Assembly (NCBI GenBank): GCA_964016885.1
Contig: OZ024742.1
Span: forward strand, 376,154,001 to 376,218,000
Length of the DNA stretch: 64,000 nucleotides
Reading direction: 5' to 3'
From: Eledone cirrhosa
Taxonomy: Eukaryota
Shown: positions 27,380 through 39,870 of the stretch, one piece after another
How the letters are laid out: each line of letters opens with the position of its first letter
How positions within the stretch are numbered: position 1 is the stretch's first letter
Translations under genes and position numbers: made by a program
The notes under the pieces: generated by a model
The model's database searches: none
What the model saw: only the letters and a program-made list of their open reading frames with translations
Told to the model about the DNA's origin: nothing

Positions 27380-28980
27380 CCCAAGTTAAATTGGAAGTAG
27401 CTAGAGTAAACAAGGTACTCAATACATTAGTACAACAATGACTATAGTGAAGAATTTAGCGTGCAGGTTGGTGTCCATCAGGGCGGCTTTGTTCTTAGCC
27501 CTCTTCTGCAGGCAATAGTGGAAGAGTTTAAAACCGGCTGCCCATGGGAACTTCTGTATGTTGATGACCTAACCCTTATAGCTGAATTAGAGATGAAATT
27601 CCAAACCTGGCAGCAAGGCCTAGAATTGAAAGGTCTTAAAATCAACCTGGTAAAGACTAAAGTCCTAGTAAATAGTAGGCATAACAGGGCACAGATCACC
27701 TCGGGGAAATGGCCGTGGTCAGTGTGCAGAAAAGGAGTAGGTAGAAATTCCACTCTATGTACCAAATGCAAGCAATTGGTGCACAACAGATGTAGTAGGA
27801 TCTCAGACAGGCTAACAAAGAATGTAGGTTTTACTTGTGGCCAGTGCACAGGTGCAGTAAGTAACAAGAACCCTCAGGATACAACCACCTTCAAATGTTC
27901 AGAGGGCTCAGTTGAAGTGGTAGATAGTTTCCGTTACCTGGGTGACCAAATCAGTAGTGGGAGGAGGGTATTCTGAAAGCACAGTAACCAGAGTGAGATT
28001 GGGTTGGAGAAAGTTCAGGGAGCTACTACCGTTACTAACTACAAAAGGTTTTTCCCTCAAAATGAAAGGCAACTGTATGATGCATGTATACCAACAACAA
28101 TGTTGCACAGCAGCGAGACCTGGGCACTGTGTGCTGAGGACCTGCGGAGATTGTAAAGAAATGAAGCCTCCATGCTTTGATGGATGTGCAATAGTAATAT
28201 ACGCGAACGGCAAAGTATAAATATACTGCGTCACAAATTAGGTTTAAGAGGGAACAGTTGTTGCATGCAGAAGAGATTGTGTTGGTATGGACATGTGATG
28301 TGTAGGAAGGATAACAGCTGGATAATAAGGTGCAGAGCCCTCAAAGGAAACCGGGGTGTGGGCAGGCCTAGGAAGACTTGGGATGAGGTAATAAAAGCTG
28401 ACCTTGCACAATTACACCTCTCAAAGGCAATGACTCAGGACTGCGACCTCTGGTGTTATGCAGTTTTACGAAAGACCCGCCGTCTGTTGTTCTCGGCTTA
28501 TACCTAGTAGGCAACACCATCCTCAGCCTGCTATCCCCTCTCATCCACCTCCCTTAACAGTAACTATACCTCTCCTACTACCCTGACCACATCTTTTTCC
28601 CCCAACCCCCTCCACCCTCCTTAATCCCCACTGTGTTGTGTCGGTGACACAACCAAGTTGCTCAGTCCACACTGTAAAGAACATCCAGCCCACACTATGT
28701 GGTTGGAGTTAGGAAGGGCATCCAGCCATAGAAAACCAGCCCCAAAACATCCAGCCCTCACTATGTGGTTGGAGTTAGGAAGGGCATCCAGCCATAGAAA
28801 ACCAGCCCCAAAACATCCAGCCCACACTGTAAAGTGGATGTGTAAAAGACAGCCAGCAAACAGTGTCTATGTGATTGGCATTAAGAAGGGCATCCAGCTG
28901 TAGAAAACTAGCAAGAAACTCTCCATATGAGCGAGATATGGTCATCCGACCCAGCTTGCCTCTAATTGGGATAGATGTTA
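27380..28980 (+). mobile_element. Decayed RTE LINE (RT core, PHD, C-terminus, 3' UTR)
   Basis: GVHQG, LYVDD, PHD-like cysteines and FRYLG spread across frameshifted ORFs 27461-28507. Confidence 0.9.
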
Positions 28981-29019
28981 TTTGATGAAGATGATGATGA
29001 ACATCATTATTTAATATAG

Positions 29020-29086
29020 AAATGGTTTCTACAGGACTAGAACTGTTTCAATCGCATAAACAGTTCTAGTCCTGTAGAAACCATTT
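29020..29086. repeat. Perfect hairpin, 29-bp arms
   Basis: aaatggtttctacaggactagaactgttt / aaacagttctagtcctgtagaaaccattt. Confidence 0.9.
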
Positions 29087-29145
29087 ATATAATATATATA
29101 AAATTAGAATTGGTGTTCTAAAATAGCGATATATATATGTATATA

Positions 29146-29690
29146 TGTATATACAGTGTATTTTGCAATACACTGTATGCTTAATTAAAGTAGTGACAAT
29201 GTCACTTACTTAAATTTTCATCAAACAGGGGAGATAAACTGACAGAGCTCTGTTTTGTACTTGTTGGTACTTATCAAAGCTGACCACTCTCCCTGTTTGC
29301 CGGAAATGATGTGTGTTGGATTCTTATAGAATTCCAGTAATAATCAGGAACTGATTATACAGAGCGGTCGCCGGTCCAGCAGAAATTGAAAATTAGAGCA
29401 CCAATTCTAATTTTCAATTTCTGCTGGACCGGCGACCGCTCTGTATAATCAGTTCCTGATTATCACTGGAATTCTATAAGAATCCAACACACATCATTTC
29501 CGGCAAACAGGAAGAGTGGTCAGCTTTGATAAGTACCAACAAGTACAAAACAGAGCTCTGTCAGTTTATCTCCCCTGTTTGATGAAAATTTAAGTAAGTG
29601 ACATTGTCACTACTTTAAAACAATAGCGTATAGTCTTCAAAACGCTTTTAATTAAGCATACAGTGTATTGCAAAATACACTGTATATACA
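29146..29690. repeat. Long fold-back palindrome, arms about 250 bp, 8-nt loop
   Basis: Near-perfect inverted arms around 29398-29405; about 30 extra bp in the right arm; TA flanks. Confidence 0.95.
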
Positions 29691-29705
29691 TTTATATATA
29701 TATAT

Positions 29706-29788
29706 ATATTATAAAGAGTCGGGACCCGACAACTGAGTTGTTGAGGCAGCGAGAGCTCGGCTGTTGGGTCTTGACCCTTTATAATATA
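29706..29788. repeat. Imperfect hairpin
   Basis: atattataaagagtcgggacccgacaactgag / ctcggctgttgggtcttgaccctttataatat. Confidence 0.8.
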
Positions 29789-29864
29789 TCCATACTGTAC
29801 TACCCCAAATACTGAGTAATGGTCTAACTAGTTTCAAATTTATTTCATCCTGATTTATATATAT

Positions 29865-30220
29865 ATGGCGTCACGCAGTAATACAGAAGACCCGAGTTCC
29901 CACAGGTACAAGCTGAAGCTGAAGCATATAGACAATATGCCCTCACCCCCTCCCACTGCAAAGTGGTCATGGAGGTGCCATGGCAAAAAGCACCCAGCCC
30001 ACACTGTAAAGTGGACGTGTAGGTGTCATGGAAAAAAAGCACCCAGCACTCACTGTAAAGGAGATTGGTGTTAGGAAGGACATCCAGCTGTAGAAATCAA
30101 GCCAGAATCAGTTCCCGTATGAGCAAGACAAGGTCAGCCAACTGGACACTGCCAACAACAGGACAACCCGTCTAACCCATGCTAGCATGGAAGAACGGAC
30201 GTAAAACGGTGATGATGATA
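29865..30220 (+). mobile_element. RTE LINE 3' UTR fragment
   Basis: ORF end cagtaatacagaagacc, UTR motif ttaggaaggacatccagc, (GAT)n tail. Confidence 0.85.
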
Positions 30221-31163
30221 TATATATAGTGAAAGAATGAAGAGTAACAGGGTTGGCTGTACAACAAGGGGCTTTATTTCAGGTATTAACAATTGTTTCA
30301 TTGATCAGGTGAGTCTAGAGGCCGCTGTATATAACTGTTTGTTTTGTCTAATTTATTATCTACTGTCTACCTAGTTACCCAGTCATCGCCAATACCCTCT
30401 CTACACCTGTGTCATTGAAACTAACAATATACAGTATTCAGTTAAAATTGAGAACCCCATATATCAATACATTTACCAGGTGAATGTGGCTTAGAAGTGA
30501 AAGTAGTGTGAAGTGTGATAAAATATAAACCAACATGACAAGAGATTCCACAGATTTCGCTGTAGATGTCTGGCAGCTTAGCTCTTGGCTTTCAAATACT
30601 TTCATGACAAAATAGGATTTTTTGCTGCAAAAGAAACAAAAAGAAGCAAACAAAAAAAAGCTACAACAACAACAATAACAACAGCAACAACAATAACAAC
30701 CCTGCTTATCTTATTGAATTAGTTTTGTTGTCAATTTTATTTTTTTGCATTATCTGAAACTACTGCTACCACTGCCACAACCACCACCACCACAACCACA
30801 ACCACCACCACTACCACCACCAACACCACCACCAACACCGCCACCACCACCAACACTGCCGTCACCACCACCACCACTGATTATGGAAAGTGATGGAGAT
30901 TCATTCCAATATGAAATGTTGTCCAATGTTGATGTGTTAAAGTCTCTGACAATAAACGGGAGTTTATAAATTGTTGAAATCCCCCAATATTTTGTATTGC
31001 CGTAAGCAATGCCACTAACAAAGGTGTGCTCTCAACTTCTTTCTTTAAACCCATAACTCCTGGTGCCATAGTACCATACAGGGTTTCTTGGTCATGTTTT
31101 AAAACCTGACAGACCCCCATCACTTCTCCAGCTCTGAATACAGCCTATTTCTTCCAGAGAAGG

Positions 31164-31202
<39 letters not shown>

Positions 31203-31911
31203 TAGATAGAGAAAGAGAGAGAGAGAGATAGCGGAAGAAATGACCCCAGTACTAAACTGGTACTAAACTAGAATGAAAGGCAAGATTGACCTTGATGAGT
31301 GCAAAGAGCCAGAATGAATACTCCAAATCATTTTATTTGATGTTCTAACAACTCTGCCAATTTGCCGCCTGTTTTCAACTTACTGAAACTAAATTTACTT
31401 AAACAACTGTAAACAATCAGCTCAGAGATCATTGATGCTACATTCTGTCTGTAGTCACACTCTTAACCCTTAATTCTGCCAATGATTTGAAAATAGTAAA
31501 GAATTTGGAGGGATTTAGTAATATAACTAACTTTCTCAGTATTGAGCTGGTGTTTAGAACATAACTTAACAAAGGTTCTTACATAAAATTATGATGGAAG
31601 GTTTTTAGATAAATATAAACACTTTAAAAAGAAGCAGCATTTGATGATATTACCAGGGAGAGTTTTAAGTGGTTTCGTATCAAATGGTTTAACTCACAAG
31701 TGGCTCAGTCTTGCTCTATATCGGAACTAAGAAGGATATATTTCACTGTTGTAAGCAATGCCAGTATCTTAATTTCTTGAATTCAATTATTTTCATAGGC
31801 AAAGCTAATATTTATAGTTCAACACCGTTCTCAGGACATATATCATTCTTGTACTAAACGCTTAAAAAAACAAAACCCTGTAGTCAATTCATTCATCATC
31901 TGTATAGATCT

Positions 31912-32253
31912 ATATGGTATGGTATGGTCCCGTAACTCCTGGGGGAGTTGTAGGAGCGCCATATTGACATACAGTGTTTCTTGGGCATTTAAAGCCTAGT
32001 GGAGCCCACCCCTCTCCAGGACTGAGTACAGCAGATTTCTTCCAGAGAAAGATAGAAAGAGAGAGAGACGAAGTGAGAAAGAGATATAGAGGAAGAATCA
32101 ACCTCAGTACAAGACTGGTACTTTTTTTATCAACCTCGAAAGGATGAAAGGTAAAGTTGACCTCAGCAGAATTTGAACTCAGAGAGCAGAGAACCAGAAC
32201 GAATACCATAAAGCATTCTATCCAACGTCCTTACAATTCTGACAATCATTGCC
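31912..32253 (-). mobile_element. tRNA-derived SINE with extended stem-loop tail and (CCATA)n end
   Basis: Core at 32100-32250; tail with aactcc-ccca-ggagtt on the minus strand. Confidence 0.75.
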
Positions 32254-33312
32254 TTTATAGATCTGTAGTGACCTACATTCCGCAGGCTCATATATATTCT
32301 CCGCGCGTTATTTGGCTCATCTCAGCCAATCGCCACCAGCGGAGGAGAATGTATCTCTACGCACCCTGAGGGAAAAATTCCCACGTCAGCTCAAAAAATC
32401 TCTCTCCTGCAGCCTGACCGTGGAAAGGTAAACAACTATTTTTCTTTCGCCGTGTAATCACTAGCCAATATGTAACACAACAATATAACCACGGCCTGGC
32501 AACACTTCAGCCAGTAGACCGTGCCTTTCTGAAATCTTAATTCGTTTGTTTTATTTCTTTTGGAATGCCAGCTCTTCTCAGCTCTACTCAGCTCTTCTCA
32601 GCTCAACCTTTGTTAATAAATAACATAAAAACAAACTAAAGTCGTTGTCGATATTCCTATCCTATCTTTCTACCAAACTGGTTTCTCATGGCACTATAAC
32701 TATTACATCACTACTTCTATAACTCTGCTAAACTGGTAATTATAATAGGACTACTACATCTATATAATACTGCTAAAATGTTGACCTTCGATGCAGGAGT
32801 ATTTAAGTATGAAATGCTCCTCTTAAATATATACATATACATCAACCACACATTCCTGTTAAAGATCTATACAGTCTGATAAAACATTTAGTTGTAGTTA
32901 AGATAGTAAACTTCAATTTTACTGACAATATAATGCAGCAAATTAAAATAATTAGCAAAAATTTTATTTCTTTTTAGACTAGGTAGAAAGCTGTATATTT
33001 CAAAGACATCAGAAGAAATGTGATAATGTGATATTCATGCTTTTGCCAGAAACATTAGCAGTGTAAGTTAAATGAAATACCTTTCAAATAGGAATTAAAA
33101 CTTCATAGCAAACTTCTTGACTCATTGAAAATATATTCTTGCTGAATGGAGAAGAGATAATCTCAGACTGTAGAACATATACTGTGTGCCTGGATCTCTG
33201 CACACCTGAGAATGTGGATCTCTTACACCCTAACCTCACTACCATGAGCTGGTTGTAGTCCCTGGGGGGATGTCACATGATTTCTGTCTTATATGAAAGA
33301 AGAAGAAATAGT

Positions 33313-33740
33313 TATCAGTGGTAATAACTCCCTGTATGATATCACTATACAGACTGGTTATAAATTGATATCAGTGGTGATAACGTACAGTATGATATCA
33401 CTATATAGATTGGTTAAGAAGTAGATATCAGTGGTAATAACTCACTGTATAATATCACTATATAGATGGTTAAGAAGTAGATATCAATGGTAATAACTCA
33501 CTGTATGATATCACTATATAGACTGGTTATAAATTGATATCAGTGGTGATAACGTACAGTATGATATCACTATATAGATTGGTTAAGAAGTAGATATCAG
33601 TGGTAATAACTCACTGTATGATATTACTATATAGACTGGTTAAGAAGTAGATATCAGTGGTAATAACTCACTGTATGATATTACTATATAGACTGGTTAA
33701 GAAGTAGATATCAGTGGTAATAACTCACTGTATGATATCA
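33313..33740. repeat. About 57-bp minisatellite, about 7.5 copies
   Basis: atatcagtggtaataactcactgtatgatatcactatatagactggttaagaagtag; variant units recur about 170 bp apart. Confidence 0.9.
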
Positions 33741-33782
33741 ATGTGTAGATAGCTTTTGTAATTTTTTTAATTTATTTTTAAC

Positions 33783-33890
33783 TACCGTATAGACCTGAAT
33801 ATAAGCTGATACAAATATAAACCGACTCCCACTTCTACCATTGATTTGTTGGTCACATATTCCTCAGCTTATATTTGAGTATATATGGTA
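33783..33890. mobile_element. Tc1/mariner (Tc2/pogo-like) MITE remnant
   Basis: TA-ccgtatagacctgaatataagctga ... tcagcttatatttgagtatatatgg-TA terminal inverted repeats. Confidence 0.6.
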
Positions 33891-34011
33891 GTTAATAGGA
33901 GGAAAAGTAACATTACTCCATAGCCTGGCCTTCCTAGACTGAGGAGATTGGTGTGTTTAACTATTCTCACACCCCACCCTGGTTCTATGATACACTACTG
34001 TTTGTTTTAAA

Positions 34012-34092
34012 TACGGGGGAAGCAGACAAAACCTTCCATATTTTACACAGTGACTATGTAAAATATGGAAGGTTTTTCTGCTGCACCCTGTA
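34012..34092. mobile_element. Small palindromic Tc1/mariner-type MITE
   Basis: TA-cgggggaagcagacaaaaccttccatattttaca / tgtaaaatatggaaggtttttctgctgcaccctg-TA. Confidence 0.6.
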
Positions 34093-34579
34093 TTTATCTA
34101 GTGATGGTGTGTGGCTTAGTGGTTAGAGTATTGGGCTCACAATCATGAGGTTGTGAGTTTGATTTCCAGACTGGGTGGTATTTCACGTTGATCCAGTTTA
34201 CTCAGCTGTAGAAATTAGTTGCGATGTCACTTACCTTCTACATCATCCAAGGTGGTGACAGGAGAGAAGACTGTGCTGGTATAGACATGTGATGCACATG
34301 GACAATGACCAATGGAAATCCCAGTGGAAGGAAACCATAGTAGAGGACAACCTAGAAAGACCTGGGCAGAGGTTGTGAGAGCTGACCTCAAATTGTTAAG
34401 ACTGGCAGAGATGATGAAGCAATGCGACAAGTGGAGAGATGCCATGCTGAGAAGGACCTGTCCAACCCATGCAAGCATGGAAAAGCAGATGTAGAAACGA
34501 TGATGTGGAGGAGGAGTACTTTACTGGGTTTTCCCAACTATTATTTATAATGACTAAATATTATTAAATAATAATAAAA

Positions 34580-34770
34580 TAATTGTTTCTACTTTTGGCA
34601 CAAGGCCAGCAATTATCCCAGTGCATTACTGGTACTTTATTTTATCGACCCCGTAAGGATGAAAGGCAAAGTTAACCTAGGTGGGATTTGAACTCAGAAT
34701 GGCAAGGGCCGTAACTCTATGCATCAAAGCATGGCGTCCAACCCTCTACCGATACTACCAGAATTGGCAA
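34580..34770 (-). mobile_element. tRNA-derived SINE
   Basis: Nearly identical to 4785-4970. Confidence 0.85.
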
Positions 34771-35657
34771 AGAAACTCCTCCTCCACATCATCGTTTCTA
34801 CATCTGCTTTTCCATGCTTGCATGGGTTGGACAGGTCCTTCTCAGCATGGCATCTCTCCACTTGTCGCATTGCTTCATAATAAAATAATATAATGAAATT
34901 ATTGTATATAGTGCTCAGGTGCACTACAACTCATTATGGTCATTTGTGTTGGGATACATATATTTCAAATTCAACTGGTTTCAATACCAAATTCAACTGG
35001 TTTCAATACCAAACTACCTCAAACTACCTTGGATTTATAACACAAAACTGCTCATTTTAAAATGTCTACGCTTATACTAAAACATTCCATCTTAATAAAG
35101 TGTTGTAGTTTGCTTCAAGCATTGTGGAATATGAGATACAAATACAACTAGGAAATAAGTTGGGTTATTTGGAAGCTCAACAATACGTGTGAGGTAATAA
35201 TGTAATAAGAATTTAAGAAAATAGATATATTTCTTTATTTGCCACAAGGGTGCACAAGAAAAGGGGACAATACAATGACGGGGATTTTACATACAATCGT
35301 GTAAAAAAATATTTTCAACAAACAAATTTAACAATCGAAATCCCCAATAGGGGGGAGGCGTTACAAATGGGTTGTTTTATACCCCGTAGATAGAACAACC
35401 CAGAGAGAAACCTGAGAAATGTTGTGGATGGCTGTTCGATCTAATTTCAAATTAATTCCTAATTGTATTTGTATCTCACATTCCATCTTGATTTTATAGT
35501 AGAAATATTTCTGAAATAATATTCTAGACATCATCTTACTAATGAAAAACTTTAGTTATTTGAATAAATTCCTCCAAATGTTTGGTTATTTTCAAAAATT
35601 CATTGAAACACAAAGGCAATATAGTTAATTAGATATATGGTAATGAAAGGGTTAAGT

Positions 35658-35883
35658 TTAACATTTAGCATTTCCATTACTCTATATATACTATTATATT
35701 TTCAGGGTAAAAGCTTTACCTCACATAATTATCTCATATAATATTGAATCTATGAGATTTTGATATTATTTATTTTGAGAACAATACCTTAACATCAGTA
35801 TAAGCAGCTGGTTATGGCCGGTTTGAACAGAAAGAGGTGAGAGAATTCTGGCTGAATACACGGTTTAGATGATAAAGAGTTAA
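35658..35883. mobile_element. piggyBac-like MITE
   Basis: TTAA at both ends and tttagcattt termini; inverted homolog at 60225-60446. Confidence 0.6.
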
Positions 35884-35990
35884 TGACAGTGTCTTTCATT
35901 AGAAATATGGTAGTGAAGGGGTTAAGTTTAAATATGTTTTCTCATAATGAAGTTTATGAATTATTGTAGTATTTTCTTGGTTTATTGCAG

Positions 35991-36110
35991 GTTCAAGATG
36001 AGGTGCATCAGTTACGGAAGAAAGTGGAGAGTTACAAAGGAAATGGTCAAGATAAATCTGACATTCATGAGCTGAGTGTTGTCTTGAAAAAAGCTGAAGA
36101 AGGTCTTCAA
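35991..36110 (+). CDS. IQCH: IQCH-like gene, coding exon 2 (VQDEVHQLRKKVESYKGNGQDKSDIHELSVVLKKAEEGLQ)
   Basis: Acceptor tttattgcag|, donor |gttagt, 120 bp, phase 0/0; resembles remembered IQCH IHEDLYQLKEKL...LDIQSLETAIKRTEVGLR. Confidence 0.75.
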
Positions 36111-37069
36111 GTTAGTAAAAGACAAATATTTCTTGCTGGTTACATTTACATTTTCTAAGAAATTTAATAATTTTCAAGCTATTCTTTTCATTATCTCTTA
36201 ACCTCCTGTAATGATTTAGTAGAAAATATCTAACAACAAGTTTGTTAATTCAAATGTTTATAGTATCTTTACTATTAGACAGATCATTATGAAAATTTTC
36301 AGTATTAATTCTTAACATCCTGTAATGATTTAACAGAAAATATCTATAAACAGGTTTGCCAATTCAAATGTTTATAGTATCTTTACTACATGACATATTG
36401 TTGTCAAAATTTGTAATATGAGGGTAAAGACTTCACAGTCAGTAATATTCCTGTTTTATACTTTTTGAGAATGTCTTATTGATGGTACAGGACGTTATGA
36501 ATAAATATTTTTTAGAGTTAATATTTAGGACCCTTCAGTTATGTCAAGGACATGATGGCTTCCCTAGTGTTGGTGATTTACATGATAAACACACCCAGTA
36601 CACACTGTAAAGTGATTGGTGATAGGAAGGGCATCCAGCCATAGAACACTTGCCAAACAAATGGTTGGGAGGACCCTCAGTTGTGTTAATGGCATGACAA
36701 TTTCCCTGAGCACCCAGTTTTAGTCAATCTCAACCTGAACTAGTTCACCTTTACTCTACCAAATCATCATCATCATCATCATCACCGTTTAACATCCATT
36801 TTTCCTTGCTAACATGGGTTAGATGAGCTGTCCTGTTGTGAGACAAGCCAGGTCAGATGACCATGTCTTGCTCATGGAGAACTGATTTTGGCTTGGTTGC
36901 TACAGCTGGATATCCTTCCTAACACCAACCACATTTACAGAGTGGACTGGGTGCTTTTTGTGGTGACACCAATGTGACCACTTTAGAGTGTGGGCTGGGT
37001 GCTTTCTCTCAATTATTTTTCTGATAAACCTTTTTCATACCATAACACCTGAAACTTCCTAAAACAACA

Positions 37070-37345
37070 CCAATCCATGCTTGCATGGATTGGATGGGTC
37101 CTTTCCAGCACAGTATCCCTTCATACATTAGTTTCTTTCATTATCTCCTTTGTCAGATTCAATAGCTTGAGATCAACTTTTACCACCTCTGTCCTGGTCT
37201 TCTTTGGTCTTCCTCTCCTGACATTTCCTCCCACTTGGCTCTCCTGACACTTCCTCCCACTTGGCTCTCCTGACACTTCCTCCCACTTGGCTCCCTGACA
37301 CTTCCTCACACTTGGCTCTCCTGACACTTCCACACACAGCCATCA
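37070..37345 (-). mobile_element. RTE fragment with internal 26-bp tandem expansion
   Basis: RRGRPKKT..EVVKVDL; ctcctgacacttcctcccacttggct repeated about 4 times. Confidence 0.75.
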
Positions 37346-37604
37346 TCTATATTCTATATTTTCCAATAAGTTTTTTAAAATATAATCAATTTCAAAAAAA
37401 AAATTATCTAAAATACTCCAAAATGTTTGTTAATTAACTGAGCAACTCTGAGTTGATCAATTCAAAATTAAATTAAGATATTAAACTGAATTCACCATTT
37501 CTTCAGCAAAGTTTTGAATACCTTGACTCTGGAAGGATGAATGGCGAAGTTAGATAAGTATATGAAATCATGTTAAATGTTTGTGTGTGTGTGTGTATAT
37601 ATAT

Positions 37605-39410
37605 CATCATCATCATCATCATCGTTTAACGTCCATTTTCCACACTTGCATGGGTTTGGACGGAAATTGTCCCACTTGAGGCAAGATTGGTTGTCTTGCT
37701 CAGGACTGTCTGGCGGGTTTTCTACGGCTGGATGCCCTTCCTAACACCAACCACGTTTACAGTGTGGACTGGGAGGTTTTTACCGTGTTACCTACATGGC
37801 CACATTACAGTGTGGACTGTGTGTTTTTTTTCGTGACACCTACACGACCTCATTTATTTCAGACTGGATGTTGTGGTACCAACATAACTTTACATCGAAA
37901 GGGGTGGTGTGGGTGATGGGATGGGGGTGTATTTTTGTTAGAGGTGCCTACTGACTGTAGGTTTCGATTTGTACTTAGGCAAGGCGGGTCTTCTGTATTA
38001 CTGTGTAGCGCCAAAGATCTCGGTCCAGTGACATTGTGAGGTCGGAATTTATCAAGTCGTCCCAGGTTTTTCTGGGTCTGCGTACTCCGTGGCTACCATC
38101 TATTTTTATTGTCCTGCACTTTTTTATACAGCTGTCGTCTTTCATGCGCATCACATGACCATACCAACATAGTCTTCTCTCGAGTAAACAACATCTGATT
38201 CCTCTTATTCCTAATTTCTCCCTTAGTTCATTTATGCTTTGCCGTTCACGTATATTACTATTACACATCCAACGGAGCATGCAAGCTTCGTTCCTCTCCA
38301 GTCTGCGTATATCCTCTGCACACAATGCCCAAGTCTCACTGCCATGTAACATTGCTGTTTGTATGCAGGCATCATACAGCCTGCCTTTCATTTTTAGAGA
38401 GAACACTTTAGCGGCCGATAGTGGTATAAGCTCTCTGAACTTTTTCCATCCCGTTCTGACTCTAGCTACTGTACTTTCAGAGCACCCTCCACCACTGCTG
38501 ATTTTGTCACCCAGGTAACGGAAGGTGTCCACTATTTCTATAGAACCATCTGTGCAATGGAATGAGCTAGTGTTCTGTGGGCACTTGCTGCTACTTATTG
38601 CACCAGAGCACCAGCCACATATAAAATCTATATTCTTAGTTAGCTTACCTGTGATCCCACTACATCTTTTATGCACCCATACTTTGCATTTGGGACATAA
38701 AATGGAGTTTCTGCCTACTCCTTTCCTACACACTGAGCATGGCCATTTCCCAGATGGGACCAGTGCCCTATTTTCCTTCCTACAAACTAGAAATTTAGTC
38801 TTAGACAGGTTAATTTTAAGGCCTTTTGATTCTAGGCCATTCTTCCATGTTTGGAATTTCTTCTCTAGTTCAGCCATTGATTCAACTATGAGCGTTAGAT
38901 CATCTGCATATAGGAGTTCCCATGGGCAGCCGGTCTTGAACTCCTCTGTTATAGCCTGAAGGGCAATAATAAATAGTAGGGGGCTAAGGATGGAGCCCTG
39001 ATGAACACCAACTTTTACGCTATATTCGTTGTTAATTCTAACCTTGCTGACTGTTTCTTTGTACATAGCTTGTATAGCTCTCATGAGCCTTTCATCAACA
39101 CCTAGTTTTCTAAGAGCCCACCAGATAATGGGGCGGGGTACTCTGTCAAAGGCTTTCTCCAAGTCAACAAAAGCTAAGTATAGGGGTTTACTTTTAGCTA
39201 GGTACTTCTCCTGTAGTTGTCGTACAAGGAAAAAGGCGTCTGTTGTACTTTTACCTGACACAAACCCGAACTGCATTTCATCTAGATCAATTCGCTCTCT
39301 GATTAGTTGTGCTATAACTCTTTCTGTGACCTTCATGACCTGATAAATTAATTTAATGCCTCTATAGTTTCCCCTATCTAGAGCACCCCTTTACCCTTGT
39401 AGCAGTTAAT
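37605..39410 (-). mobile_element. 5'-truncated RTE LINE (453-aa ORF: RT + PHD + C-terminus)
   Basis: QFGF, FVDLEKAFDRV, GVHQGS, YADD, C4HC3, FRYLG; 3' UTR and (GAT)n tail. Confidence 0.95.
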
Positions 39411-39484
39411 GATGTATGACTTAGTTTACTATCCGGGAGACCATAGTGTGTCCCACCGTTCCAGAATGCTTTCAGAATTTCAGC

Positions 39485-39542
<58 letters not shown>

Positions 39543-39573
39543 AGATATATATGTATATATATGTATATATATG

Positions 39574-39677
<104 letters not shown>

Positions 39678-39803
39678 AAGTTTTATTTAAATTGTTGGGT
39701 TCCAACGAGTAAATATTTATAACTGATATAAAAGCACTCAACAAGTATTTGGAGTATATTTACGATATTAAATAAATGGAAACTATATTTATAAAACCAT
39801 ATT

Positions 39804-39870
39804 TATTTCATTATATATATTTCAGGGATATCATATTAAAAATATGGTATGCCTTCTTCAGACAAAATAC
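39804..39870 (-). ncRNA. Hammerhead ribozyme in the 3' pLTR
   Basis: Minus strand tattttgt-CTGAAGA-aggcataccatat(tttta)atatgatatccct-GAAA-tatata-TA-atgaaata. Confidence 0.8.

Noticed and set aside
30745-30969. Proline-rich exon
   Set aside because: CCA microsatellite without convincing splice sites
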